Source: Oikopleura dioica
Taxonomy: Eukaryota > Animalia > Chordata
Reading direction: 5' to 3'
Assembly (NCBI GenBank): GCA_907165135.1
Contig: OU015566.1
Coordinates: forward strand, 13,330,001-13,394,000
Length of the DNA: 64,000 nt
Part shown: one piece after another, positions 1 to 11,101 of the stretch
Layout: the number at the start of each line of letters is the position of its first letter
Numbering within the stretch: the stretch's first letter is position 1
Notes under the pieces: model-generated
Databases searched by the model: none
Seen by the model: the letters and a program-made list of their open reading frames with translations, nothing else
What the model was told of the DNA's origin: nothing
Made by a program: the position numbers and the translations under genes

Positions 1-3000
1 GCCTTGAGTCCAGGAGAGAGGACCGGAAAGAAATTCCATCGATGGTGTTGTCGATTCAGGAACGTAAACGGCTCCGGAATCGCCAAGCAGAGCAAGCTGC
101 GTGTCTCGATCTGGGTACATAATTTCACAGGTATCGAGAAGTGCGGAAGCATCAATGGGATCGTTCCATTCGTAAAGTGAGAAAATGTAAGCATTGGCGT
201 CCAGGCAGCTCATTTGATCAGCCTGAGGAAATTTGATTCGCAAGCCGATGAATTCCGTTCCCAAGTCGGTTCCGTTCTGGTAGAGAAGGAGATTGGCGAC
301 ATTGTCGCCATAAACAGCTGTGGCGTTTCCGTCATTGTTGAGATCGGAGTTGACAGTGTTGATGCAAGCTTGATAAGTGAGAACTGTTTGAACATTGCAT
401 CCTTCAGGGAAGGCGATCTGCAATTGCCACGGGTTCTCCGCTGGTGGCATGGCGTCCGGAAGCCAGATTCGCATCCAACCGACTTCTTCACCGACAGAGA
501 CCCATTCGACCTCGAGATCGCCGGAAGTATGACCCGGTCCATCGTAATTATTGACCATCAGATCGAGGAAAGCTTGATCGATGACTTCATCGCCGCCGAG
601 AATAATGTTCTCTGGATAAGCTGGATCTGTGCTAGGAGGAGTCCACGGAAGCTCGCCAGGGCACTTGTCTGGATCAGTTGACCACTGGAGAGTCATTCCA
701 TCGATGTTATCCGAAGCGTGGCTGCCTCGAGCGACAAGGGTGAGTGAGTAGGCAGTTTCATCGAAGCAAGCAGCCGAGCCGCCCCAGTAATTATTCTGAT
801 CAAAGCTCTGATCAGCTTCAAAGACAATTCCAATGTTTTGATGATCATGGTGCCATCCAACTTGGTAGACATAAAAAGTACTGTTCGACAAGCTAGAAGC
901 GTAGGGGTCCATACAACCGTGCCAGATGTCTAGAGATTGGAGCTGACAGCCAGGAGGGAATTCGAGAAGGACTTGCCAGGCTCCAAGAGGTCGTTCGCTT
1001 GGAAGGTTGAGTTTGATCTCGCCTCCATGCCCCCACTGTCGGATAAAGTCGACAACTGGCTCCGTGATTGTATCACATCGAGTACCAAAATAGCCGTCTT
1101 GGCAGTCGCATGTAAAGGTGTAATTGGTGTAGTCGGAAATGCAGATTCCATCGTTAGCGCAAGTCTTATCGTTGCAGTAGTCGACGACATTTGTTCCGGG
1201 TGGAAACGGCCAGGAAGAGAAAAATTCAGAGAAATCCTCCGTGGGAAGAGAGATTCCGCTTGGGTACTCGTCGTAGAGTTCTCGTTCCCGAATTCCGGCA
1301 ACAGTCGCTTGGAAAAGAGCATTGGCAACGAGGGAGGGTTCATTGCGCGTGTAATCCTTTCGGTTGTCCTCCCAAAAGCCAGAAGTAGCATCTGGGCCGC
1401 CCATAATAGCTCCTTCGAGTGTGAATTCATTTGGGGTGTATTTGTCCTCAAACATGCCCCAACCACAATCTTTCCCAATAGGACACGCCGAGTCTCTGTG
1501 ATGCGGTCTCGTCGGTGGGTTGTGCCCGTAGCCGACCATGTAGCTCCGCTCACCAGCGCCAAGGACGTCGATAACGAGTTGTTTAGCAAAGTTGACGAAG
1601 TCAGTTTCAGTCTGGCCCGACACGACGTGATTGGCAGCGTAGAGGCAGATATAGGCGACACCAGAAGTTGCGCCAAAGTTGTGCCAGTCGGTCATTCGGA
1701 GAAAACCGTCGGCATTGTATTGGGTCTGGTAGTTAGTGCAGAAGTCGATGATCATTTGTACTCCAGGAGCGCTTGTATCAGAAGTCAGCAAAGCGTGGTA
1801 AACCATCACGGCAATGGTTTTATCATCAGTGGAAAATTCTAAATTATTTTTTAAAAATTTCAAATTCTTGATTCATTTTTCAATTCCGAGTTCCAAATTC
1901 CGAATGCAATTAAAAGTGAACAAGGCGTGAGAGCATCGGAACACCCGTGCAAAAGGGCAAGAATGGAAATCACATTTTGCGGCGCAGATTTATTAATTTT
2001 TCGCCCCGCGATGCGCTTTTTTTTTGTCTTACCTGATGGTGCGGACAAATCCAGGCCGAATTCTGCGATGTAGTCTTCGGCTCTGGTGAGGTACTGGTTA
2101 TTGCCTGTCGCATAATATAGCCAAAGAGCAGCCCAAGCAAGCTCATCACCAAACTCCGACGATGGATGAAATTGTCGCGCAGAAGCAAAAGCCTCGTTTT
2201 CATCATATTCGCCACGGTAAAGCTCAGCAAATTCGAACAAGTCCATCGCATGGGAAAGACATAGATTCGAGTAGTCAGTATCGTCTTTAAACAAGACTGC
2301 GGCTGCGGCCAAAGCTGCGGCTGTTTCTGCGGCAACGTCTGATCCAGGAGTTTCTTCTTCAATCGCGAGGGCTGGACGATCCATGGTCATGTACTCTGAG
2401 CGCACCCATTCGGCGTGGTCGAGTTCGGAGAGACCAACTTGGGCGTAGAATACGTATTTCTCAGGGTGCGCTTTGATGAAATAGTCGGTAGCCCATTTGA
2501 CTTGCTTGAAGAGATCGAGTTTCATTCCCATCTCAGCGTACGCGTTGCCAAATTCGATGCCAGACCAAGCAATCATCGTCGTCGCAAAAGCCATCGGGAA
2601 GCCCCATTTAACATGATCACCTCCAGTGTAATATCCTCCCACAAGATCTAGATACGCATCTCCTCCGTCTCCTAGAGCTGAATCTCCGCGCCACTCAACA
2701 TCAAGCTGATCTGGCGGAAGCTTGCCACTTCTTTGCGCAACGAAAAACTTGACGCAGAGATCGAGGATCTGTCGCATATTGTGAGTCACTTGTCCCGGTC
2801 CGCCGATGCCCCCGTATCCGTCAGTGTTCATAAAGCTCATTTGCCATTGAGGAACTTCAACGTTAGCAAATGGCGGTTCTCCGATCGTCGCTCCCATCAA
2901 ATCGAACTGGAGGAGTTGGCCTTCTTGTAGGAATCCATTGTGCTCCTGGTTGATGATCGCGTAGTCGGTTAAATTCTGGCTCCAGTCGACAATGATCACC

Positions 3001-3347
3001 GTCCACATTGTCAAGTCAGCGACCGGCTTGGAAAAGTGCAGGACAAGTTGCCACTGGCCATTTGTCGTTTCAATTACAGGAATGGTCACTAGGGCCTTGA
3101 AGCCCGTCATCGTCTCGCCAGAGACATCGTCGACTTCTTCCCAGGAGTCGGTGACGCGCCAGACGACCTCGTCCCAGGTTGAAGCGGGCGCGGCGGTGGT
3201 GACAGGCGCGAACGAACCGCCAAAGCCACCGGTGCCCCGCGCACCACTGTCCAGATCATACCCATTGTACGTGTATCCGAGTTGGGCTGAAACTGAGATC
3301 CAGAGATTGACGAGCGAGATGAGCCCACAGCCACGCGCTCCGATCAT
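1..3347 (-). CDS. Secreted multidomain GH9 (cellulase-like) protein: signal peptide, CBM2-like domain, GH9 domain, EGF domain, two degenerate CBM2-like repeats; runs off the window edge
   Basis: Exon 3347-2033, GT-AG intron 2032-1839, exon 1838 to <1 with an open frame to the edge (missing from the ORF track). GH9 motifs: FFVAQRSGKLP, WRGDSAL, DLVGGYYTGGDHVKWGFPMA, YMVGYGHNPPTRPHHR, GAIMGGPD, DNRKDYTRNE. EGF: CNDKTCANDGICISDYTNYTFTCDCQDGYFGTRC. Confidence 0.9.
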
Positions 3348-6300
3348 GAAAATTCCTAAAGAAAAAAAAAATAACTATCATTCAAACTTTTTCAATTGTT
3401 GAAAATTTGAGTTCGAAAGATGCTCTATCAAAGATATGAAAAGAAGTTTTCAAAAAGTTCACGATAACAACTCAACCGAAAAATTTCGCTTTATTTGAAA
3501 ATACCAGATTAAATGATTTCTAAGACGCAAATTGCGGCTCTATTATAGAGAAAATATTAATTAAACCACATGGTTTTGAAAACGTCAGAAAATAAGTGAA
3601 GCTTGAAAATCTGGGGAACCATCAACACATGCGTTCCATTTTCCTTTATATAACGAAGACGTCATTTCAGAAAGAACATCTGAAATAGTATTTATTCCAT
3701 GAATACCCCAGTCAATCAAATATTGATCAAAGAATAAGTGACGCTATTGATGGTACTTTTAATTTGATAGTATGACGCAAATTATATTGCCAAGGTCCCA
3801 TGGTTCAATGGTCGAAATACAACATAATGCGGCTTAAATTGCTAGATGTGCTGAAAAATGAACTCAAAAGAAGCAAAAGAAGCAATTTAGGCTGGCTTGG
3901 GGGTTGTTTAACCCCTGGCTGGTTGTTTAACCCTTGTGGCCGGCTAAGCCAAATAAGGTGCCCCCGGAGTTCCACAAAACGTGCGATAATCCTACTTAGT
4001 TTCTAGTAGAAGCCAAGCTGGAAAAATACACACAGCCTGAATTTCTGAATTCTCGAATATTTGGTTTTCAGACTTTGAAAAAGACCTTCGTAAAGTCGTA
4101 ATAATTCGTGATAGGCCGCCATTTGAAAACGCTAAGGGCAAGATCTGAGAATGTAAATTTATCAGCAATGTAAATCATGCTCAATCAGGGATGAGCTGGA
4201 CATGCCTTCAGCCTTTTTGTTAAAAGACAGATTCTTAAATCATGTAAAAATCATGTCTTTGGAACAAAATTTAGATGAAGTGATATCTTTTAAAAGTCTG
4301 TTTCATACTTAATTTATACGTAAAATACCATTTTAGCACAATAAACGATAGTGTATCAACGATAGAGAACTATCTTTTCACACGTCGAAATTTGATTAAG
4401 ATAAAAAAGTAATAAAAATTGCAGTGATATGATCACTTTATCTCTTTCTCAGTCTCTCTCTGAAATTTTCATTCGAAAATATTTCGAAAATTCGAAAATA
4501 AGGGTATCACTATGTTAAGTCGAAAATCGAATTTTTTTAAGAAAAAAATGACGAAATTGATGTTGACAGCCTTAAGAAACAAATTCTTTTTTTTTTCTTG
4601 AAAGAAGTGATAGTTACAGTAACTTACTGTTTGATTTCTGATTCGGGGCGGCCAGAAGGTCTCTCGGCTTCTAACTAAGTGTCTCTGAAATTTCGTTTGT
4701 TTTTTCCGAAGAAAATCAGTTCTATCTGGACATTAGAGAAAGTCTGTTTCTATTTTTCGTATTCGTTGAAAAAATTGAAAAACACAAATGTTACTCCATT
4801 ACGGATTTACGCGGAGGCGCGCGTTTCGCTCTCCACCACCGCTCTGGCGCCATCGTCCTTTTTTTCTCATCTTTGCAAGCACCACTTTCGATCTCTTTTG
4901 CAGCTCCTGAGACTAGCAATTTCGCGCATTTTCCCGATCAAGCACCAGAATGCACCAGCAACTTGTCATTATCGCGTAACGTGCGCGACACCCGGTTAAC
5001 GAAAAAATGAGCTTAGAAAATTTCCCAGCCACGTTCTTTAGGATCTACCCAGTGAAATTGAAATAACGAGTCATAGATACTGAAATGAGGGGGAATTTAT
5101 CGCCGATGCCGCATTCGACAGAAGCTTTTCGGGCGGATTTTTTTCGACTAAAAATGGTGACATCCTTATTTAGCCTGCTATAAACACTTTAACGGATTAA
5201 ATTCATCCCGAAAAGGATGCCAATTTAACGGATTTTCGAGCTTCTCGAAAAGAGTTCGAAATCTGAAAGGAAAGTGCCAGTGGCAGCTGTCAATTGACTG
5301 CCAAAAGCTGCCGATTCCGACACTATATATAAAAATTTAAAGTCAAACTAAGTTCAAAACAGTCTTAACAACAAGTTAAACATATAAAAGAGACGTTATT
5401 CGAAATATAAACGTCTCTTTTGATAAGTAAAATGGAATAAAATAGATCTCGGAAAATCTCCAATAACGAATTTTGATGTTTTTGACGTCAAATTTTGAAA
5501 ACTGAAAATAAATAATAACTATTATTTCTTCTGAGAAAAAACCATCTTGGCTGGGTCAACTTAATTTTGTTAGTTAGTGATAACACGAAGAATGTATCGT
5601 GTGTTTTAGGAAGCTCAACTAAGCAAATTGCCGGGCTATGACAAAGCTGGGGAGAACATGTTCTTAGTAAATTATTGATTGAACGCGAATTTATGTTGAA
5701 AACATAGCGCGAGTCACGATTTACGTAACTGCTAATAGAAAGGTTATTCGGTAAGTTGGTGAAGTCTCTGTCGATTTTTTATTGAGCTTTGATCGTGACT
5801 GATACCTTTTGACAACTTTTGACTGTTTTTCCCGTCTGACACAAATGAACTCTCAATATTCCGAAAGTAATGGACCATTACTAATAGTGCTTAAAAACGG
5901 TGAGCGATTTATAAAAATGACTAGCTCAAGAAATTCTCATGAGTATAATATTTTCGTCCGACGATGACTGCCTTGGAAATTCTATTTTGAAATTGTGTTT
6001 TTGACTGACTCACCATCACGTCGAAAACGGAGATGAAATTTAATCAATCAATCGGCAGTTTCCTTGTCCGCTAATAATGACGTATTACAAGAATGAGGAA
6101 ATTCTCCGAGAAAACGCTTCACCCAAAAGCTTTAATTGAAATGATCTTTGTTTTCCTCGAAAAAGATAATTGATCAAGATACTTCAGCAATAAATATAAG
6201 GCATTAGCTCAAAGGATAGTTGATGTTTTCTTTAAAAATTCAAACATATTGTACCTGTTCTTACGCTAGACGAAAGGTTGTTAAAGAAACCTGTGAGAAG

Positions 6301-6721
6301 TAAAGTCACAATGAAGTTTCTGACACTTTGACATTTGGAAGTTGTGATTCAGACCAAGACCTGACAGGTCGTTTGATTTGGCAGTTCAGAAATAGTCTCA
6401 AAATGACCTGAATAATATACCGTCGGAAAATTTGCATATCGACCCATTTTTGGTTGAGGGGCCGTAGACACGTTTTGAAAATGATGATTTCTGAAGGCAT
6501 ACCGGTATTTAAGCGCCTTACTCAAAAATGGCTCGATGTTCCGGCGTTAATAATGACGAGGAATAATTTATAATATAATTTGTTTTTCCGTGAGAATCCC
6601 TAATCATAACCATGAATGATTCTCTGATGCTTAGCTTCAATTTTCTCCCTCTAAAATGCTAATATCCAGATGTGCCGAATGACGACGACGTGACGACGTG
6701 ATGACGATTCAAGGGTAGTAG

Positions 6722-6917
6722 GGGGTTATCATTCGGGCTTCCTCTAATCCTAAACCTAACCAAGGGGGCTACGCCCCCCGGGACCCCCCCCCAAGGCATA
6801 AACCAGGGGGCTTTGCCCCCTGGCCCCCCTTAAGAGTTCCCAGTCCCTAACCCTAACCATTAGCTCAGATTCTAGAGATATTGGATGGCTCGAATCATAG
6901 GCCCGAATGATAACCCC
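6722..6917. mobile_element. MITE-like element with 17-bp terminal inverted repeat and GC-rich internal hairpins
   Basis: GGGGTTATCATTCGGGC at 6722-6738 and its perfect reverse complement at 6901-6917; no coding capacity; no clear TSD. Confidence 0.6.
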
Positions 6918-7042
6918 TCTCTTCGGATTCAAGAGCTCAAAAAAGTCGGTAAAACTCAATTTTCATTTCTTCTTTCATGTCAATTAGAAAAATAACCTTT
7001 CAACCAATAAATTGGACGGTATGCGTTCCGGCGTTAGATAAT

Positions 7043-7434
7043 TTATTCAACATGATTAGAAGGAAAAAATCCGATTCGATCGTCAAGAATACCTCTCCAC
7101 CAGCCACTTGGGTCTCTTTGAAGCACGAAGATGACCTGACCCTCTTTGATGGTCAATTCGTCGTCTTCTTTCGCTTCGTAATCGTGAAGAGCGACAACTT
7201 TTAAAGTCTATATTAACTACGATCTTTTCACGCTGGGTTACCTGTGTCCGAAAGAAGCTGGTGAATTTGTTGCCGTTGACGTTTTTCTTGCTCTTTCTGC
7301 CGTTTTCGTTTATTTCTGGAGTCCACACAACGACAAATGGCAATCAGAACCATTATCACTGTTACAACAATCCAAATTATCATGCTCAAATCATCATCGC
7401 CCGGCTCTATACTAATAGATCCTCTTCTACCCAT
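7043..7434 (-). CDS. Small single-pass membrane protein with a C-terminal SH3 domain
   Basis: Exon 7434-7242 encodes the TM segment MIIWIVVTVIMVLIAIC plus a basic stretch. A 44-nt GT-AG intron (7241-7198) follows. Exon 7197-7043 encodes VVALHDYEAKEDDELTIKEGQVIFVLQRDPSGWWRGILDDRIGFFPSNHVE, matching the SH3 ALYDY/WW/GxFPxN pattern. Confidence 0.8.
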
Positions 7435-8055
7435 CTCTGATTCTTTTCCGGCCAATACCTAACTCATGAAGCATGTTTGGTTAGTGATTCCAATACGCCA
7501 ACCGTCATCCTGAATAAATATGTCGTTTTGACGTAGACGAGGATTTTTTGTACTTCAATATTAGCACTTGAAGCAAACACAATTTCCATATAAGGAACTT
7601 CTTGTTGAGAATCTATGTTATTAATACCAGAAAAATACATATGAAATATAACTAGAAAACGCTAGAAACGACGAGAACTCATGCTTGCCACTCATGACCA
7701 CATAGGCAAAACCACTTGAAAGAGAACCTAAGCCACCGGTAAAGTCGGGCTCGGTCACCACAAAAAAAACGCGCTGACTGGATGTAACTCGACCTTTTCT
7801 TTTTTGTCAGCCCTTTTAATTCAATTAGATCTAACGAGTTTATACTGAATTGAGAGCAATAGCATTTTATCTTTTTGATAGTTCAATTTTTCATTACTTT
7901 CATTCGTAGTTCATCTTCGATTGATCAAAAGCTGATTAAGCTCTCTGGCCCACTCTCTTCTTCTCCCGGGTATAGCGCCGCATCTGGCGCCCTCACGTGT
8001 CGAAATAAACGCCCTCATGACATGAAAAGCATGCACGTAGTTTAATGGCCCTTCG

Positions 8056-8062
8056 TATATAA
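8056..8062 (+). promoter_or_regulatory. TATA box of secreted peptide gene 8130-8426
   Basis: TATATAA 74 nt upstream of the ATG; equivalent boxes precede both paralogs. Confidence 0.55.
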
Positions 8063-8129
8063 GGCGCACTCCTCGACTTTCTCCTCATCAAATCCAACCA
8101 ACAAAACCAACCAAAAACAAAAAGCTGAA

Positions 8130-8426
8130 ATGAACTTCTTCAAAATCTTCATCCTCTTCGCCATTGCTTCCGCTACTCTCCAGCAGCAATATGTAAACCG
8201 ATTCGGCAACACCATCAAAATCATGAACAGAAACCGCGACCGCGTGGTGAATCAGGAAGCTTCAGCGATTCAACAAATCTACGAGTACGAACTCAACCAG
8301 GCCCAAACACTCGAGGACAAATACCGAGTCATGAAGCAGTTCTCTTCTCTCGCTAGAACTTCGCCAAACAACCCTCGGGCCAGACGAAGCTTCGCTCGAC
8401 GACATTACTTGTCCAACATGCAATGA
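8130..8426 (+). CDS. Intronless 98-aa secreted cationic peptide (divergent family member)
   Basis: Signal peptide MNFFKIFILFAIASA, Arg-rich C-terminus, upstream TATA, downstream AATAAA; same length and layout as 9981-10274 and 38134-38430. Confidence 0.7.
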   Translation: MNFFKIFILFAIASATLQQQYVNRFGNTIKIMNRNRDRVVNQEASAIQQIYEYELNQAQTLEDKYRVMKQFSSLARTSPNNPRARRSFARRHYLSNMQ

Positions 8427-8974
8427 TTCTGATTCAACCTCCTGTTTCATTTGAATAATTATCTTTTATTAATAAAATATTTATAAAAAATCCTATCTTT
8501 TTTCGACTTAATGAATTCAATTGTATCGCGCTTATTTGCGGGTGGTCGTAATTACGCTTATACACATAGTCTGGATATAAAACTTTTATTTTAAAAATCT
8601 ACAGTTCCTCCCAAATCTGCTGAGCCTAAAATCATGATAAAAATGAGATTTAGGGGGTGAAATTAAGAAAATTGTAAAAAAATTGACCATTTTTGGCTTA
8701 TTTTCGCGAAAATGGCCCTACTTTGACGGGATTTCTGACCGACTTTATCTGGCCAAATTTTTCAACTTCTCGCCGATAGATTTTTTCAACCCTTTTCTAC
8801 TCACGACTTAATTCATATTTTACCTATCAAATCAGCTTTTCCCGGATTTTTGGTTAGAAAAATCCCGATTCTCGTCGACCCCCCCCCTAAAAATAAAAAA
8901 AAGATGACCCTGCCTGACCCTGAGGGCTGCTATATAATATATATAATATAATATATAATGTATAATATAATATA

Positions 8975-9133
8975 CAGTCAGGTCTTGCAATTACGCGGTT
9001 TTTATTTTCGGGATTTTCGCCAAAAACCACGTAATTGCACGCCCTAAAATGCACTAAATAGTGCAAATTGTGTATCGGATTTTCCCAAAAAAAAACGCGC
9101 AATTGCAGGTCGCGCAATTGCAAGACCTGACTG
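8975..9133. mobile_element. Tc1/mariner-type MITE, 159 bp
   Basis: Perfect 18-bp TIR CAGTCAGGTCTTGCAATT flanked by TA on both sides (8973-8974, 9134-9135). Confidence 0.8.
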
Positions 9134-9900
9134 TACATAATATAGCCTATATTTCGTATAAACGAGGCACATAAGAGCTCAAAATTTGCACGTGAGACAT
9201 GAAATTATGCCTTGTTACTCTGAAATTTTGATAACAAAAATATAATGCAAACTTTAGGTTGTCAAGTTATTTGTGAGTCTCTTTAATGCCATCTCGACAG
9301 TTTGACAAGCTGAAAAATGTAAAAATAGAAAGAAAATGTCGCTCAAAAACTTAGCATTTTGAAATGTCTACTTCCGACAGACAGAAGCCTCAGTAACATT
9401 TGGCACTGTCATGAATCATGATTCACTTGGTCAAAAGAGTCCCTCAATCGGTTTCTACGTGGATAACCTCAGTCTGAAGTCCTCAGACACCATGTTTCTT
9501 AAGAACACAATTGCTAAAAGTTAAATTTCTCCAGTATTTATGAAGATCAGAGATGAAATTTCTTGCACAAAGGTTTTAACGGTGTTTAATTAAACTATAA
9601 ATGGCTCTCGAACAAAGATGACGACAAATTGTTACTAAATTATGTTTAATTCATGTTAAAATGATCGCAATTATGTTTAAAATTATCCCAAACTCAGCCC
9701 AAAAGTATTTCTTCCAAAACACCAATTTATGAATTTAGCCTTTGTATTCCTTTACAAATGAAAGCTTAAACATGAAGTATAATTCCAATAAATTAAAAGT
9801 ATGCACATCAATCATTGAGAAAATGATAGAAAATACTCAATAGGAAGAGCGCCATCTAAAGTTATTTCTAGCTCCACCATCATGTGGTCAATTCAATTCC

Positions 9901-9907
9901 TATAAAA
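9901..9907 (+). promoter_or_regulatory. TATA box of secreted peptide gene 9981-10274
   Basis: TATAAAA 80 nt upstream of the ATG. Confidence 0.55.
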
Positions 9908-9980
9908 AGAGAGTTTGTCCTTTCCAAAGTCATCACTTCGTAAAACCATCAAAAAAAAAAAAAATAAAAAAACGCTCATC

Positions 9981-10274
9981 ATGCAACTCATCAATGCTCT
10001 CCTTCTTTCTTTGGCATCTGCCTCCCTTAAGGGTATCCTGATCAACAAGACTACCAACCATTTGATTGACCATAACACCAATCGAAATCGTGCCAGTGAA
10101 GTACCATCCGTTCAGGCGCAGATCTGTCAATTTTGGCTGGATCAAGCGACTTCCGCCGAGGCAAAACTCGCTGCTTATGAAAAATGCTCAACTCTTACCG
10201 GACGAAATCGACCATCTAGCCGACCAAAACCGGCTGTCCGAAGAAACAACTACCGCCGTCGAATGCCCCAGTAG
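9981..10274 (+). CDS. Intronless 97-aa secreted cationic peptide with two cysteines
   Basis: ATG at 9981, signal peptide MQLINALLLSLASA; mature region closely similar to 38134-38430 (LKGILINKTTNHL, QICQFWLDQATS, AKLAAYEKC, YRRRM). Confidence 0.8.
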   Translation: MQLINALLLSLASASLKGILINKTTNHLIDHNTNRNRASEVPSVQAQICQFWLDQATSAEAKLAAYEKCSTLTGRNRPSSRPKPAVRRNNYRRRMPQ

Positions 10275-11101
10275 CCTAACTGTAAACAACTCCTTTCTTC
10301 CCTTGTTTTTGATTTCTCTTCCTTGATTGCAAGATAAAATAATAAAATCCAGCAGAAAAGAAAACCGTGTTTTACTAAAGAAGTATCGTTTGGCAAGATT
10401 TATTAATCCAGTGATAAGTTTTCTACGAAGGCCGAAAAATTTATCGCTAGCAGTAAAAGTAGGACTCTTCATCGTCTCTCAGGAGATAAGTAGTTTTATC
10501 ACTTGAATTAAACGCGAATTAGCCCACGAAACTAGAAGAGATATTTGTACGGGCATTTTAAATAAATTACAGTCTGTGAAACTTTACAGGTAAATTTTAC
10601 ACAATCTTAGTTAGCTTTAAAAGAGTTGTAAGAGCTCTGAAAGAAATCTCATAACGGAGTAATTAACTCGCAACACTACAGGATAATGAACTACGTCTCT
10701 GATCCCGAACTACTGCCTTCCGAGGCAGATGCGCCGCTGAATCTGTGCTCGACTTTGGAGGGGGAATCCCTGTCCCAAGCTGTGGAACCGGTTTGGGCTG
10801 GTTCTGTCAATAATATACTCTAGCAGCGTCCAACTTCTTAGTACACATTTTATTCCAATTATCAAAAGCAAGCAACACTGTGTCTTACACAACATAATTT
10901 GATTAATTAATTCAAATAAGAATAGATGCAGATCTCAAAATGAGCCATAAATTACGGCCAAAAAAGGCCTCAATTCTTGTTTTATCGTAGATTGAAAAGT
11001 TATGTCACATTGTGTAACCTAATCCTCAGTGCTAGTAACGGGCTGTTCCAGGCAGTGCATTTATTCGACCTTTTTCATTTTTTTCGTGAGCAGTGAACTT
11101 T

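Noticed and set aside
210-1842. Long ORFs 214-681 (+), 937-1842 (+), 930-1676 (-) and 210-542 (-)
   Set aside because: They are antisense or off-frame shadows of the GH9 exon 1838-1, whose true frame has clear motifs.
8650-8890. TTAGGGGG / CCCCCTAA as TIRs or telomeric repeat
   Set aside because: Too short and low-complexity, with no TSD and no tandem telomeric array.
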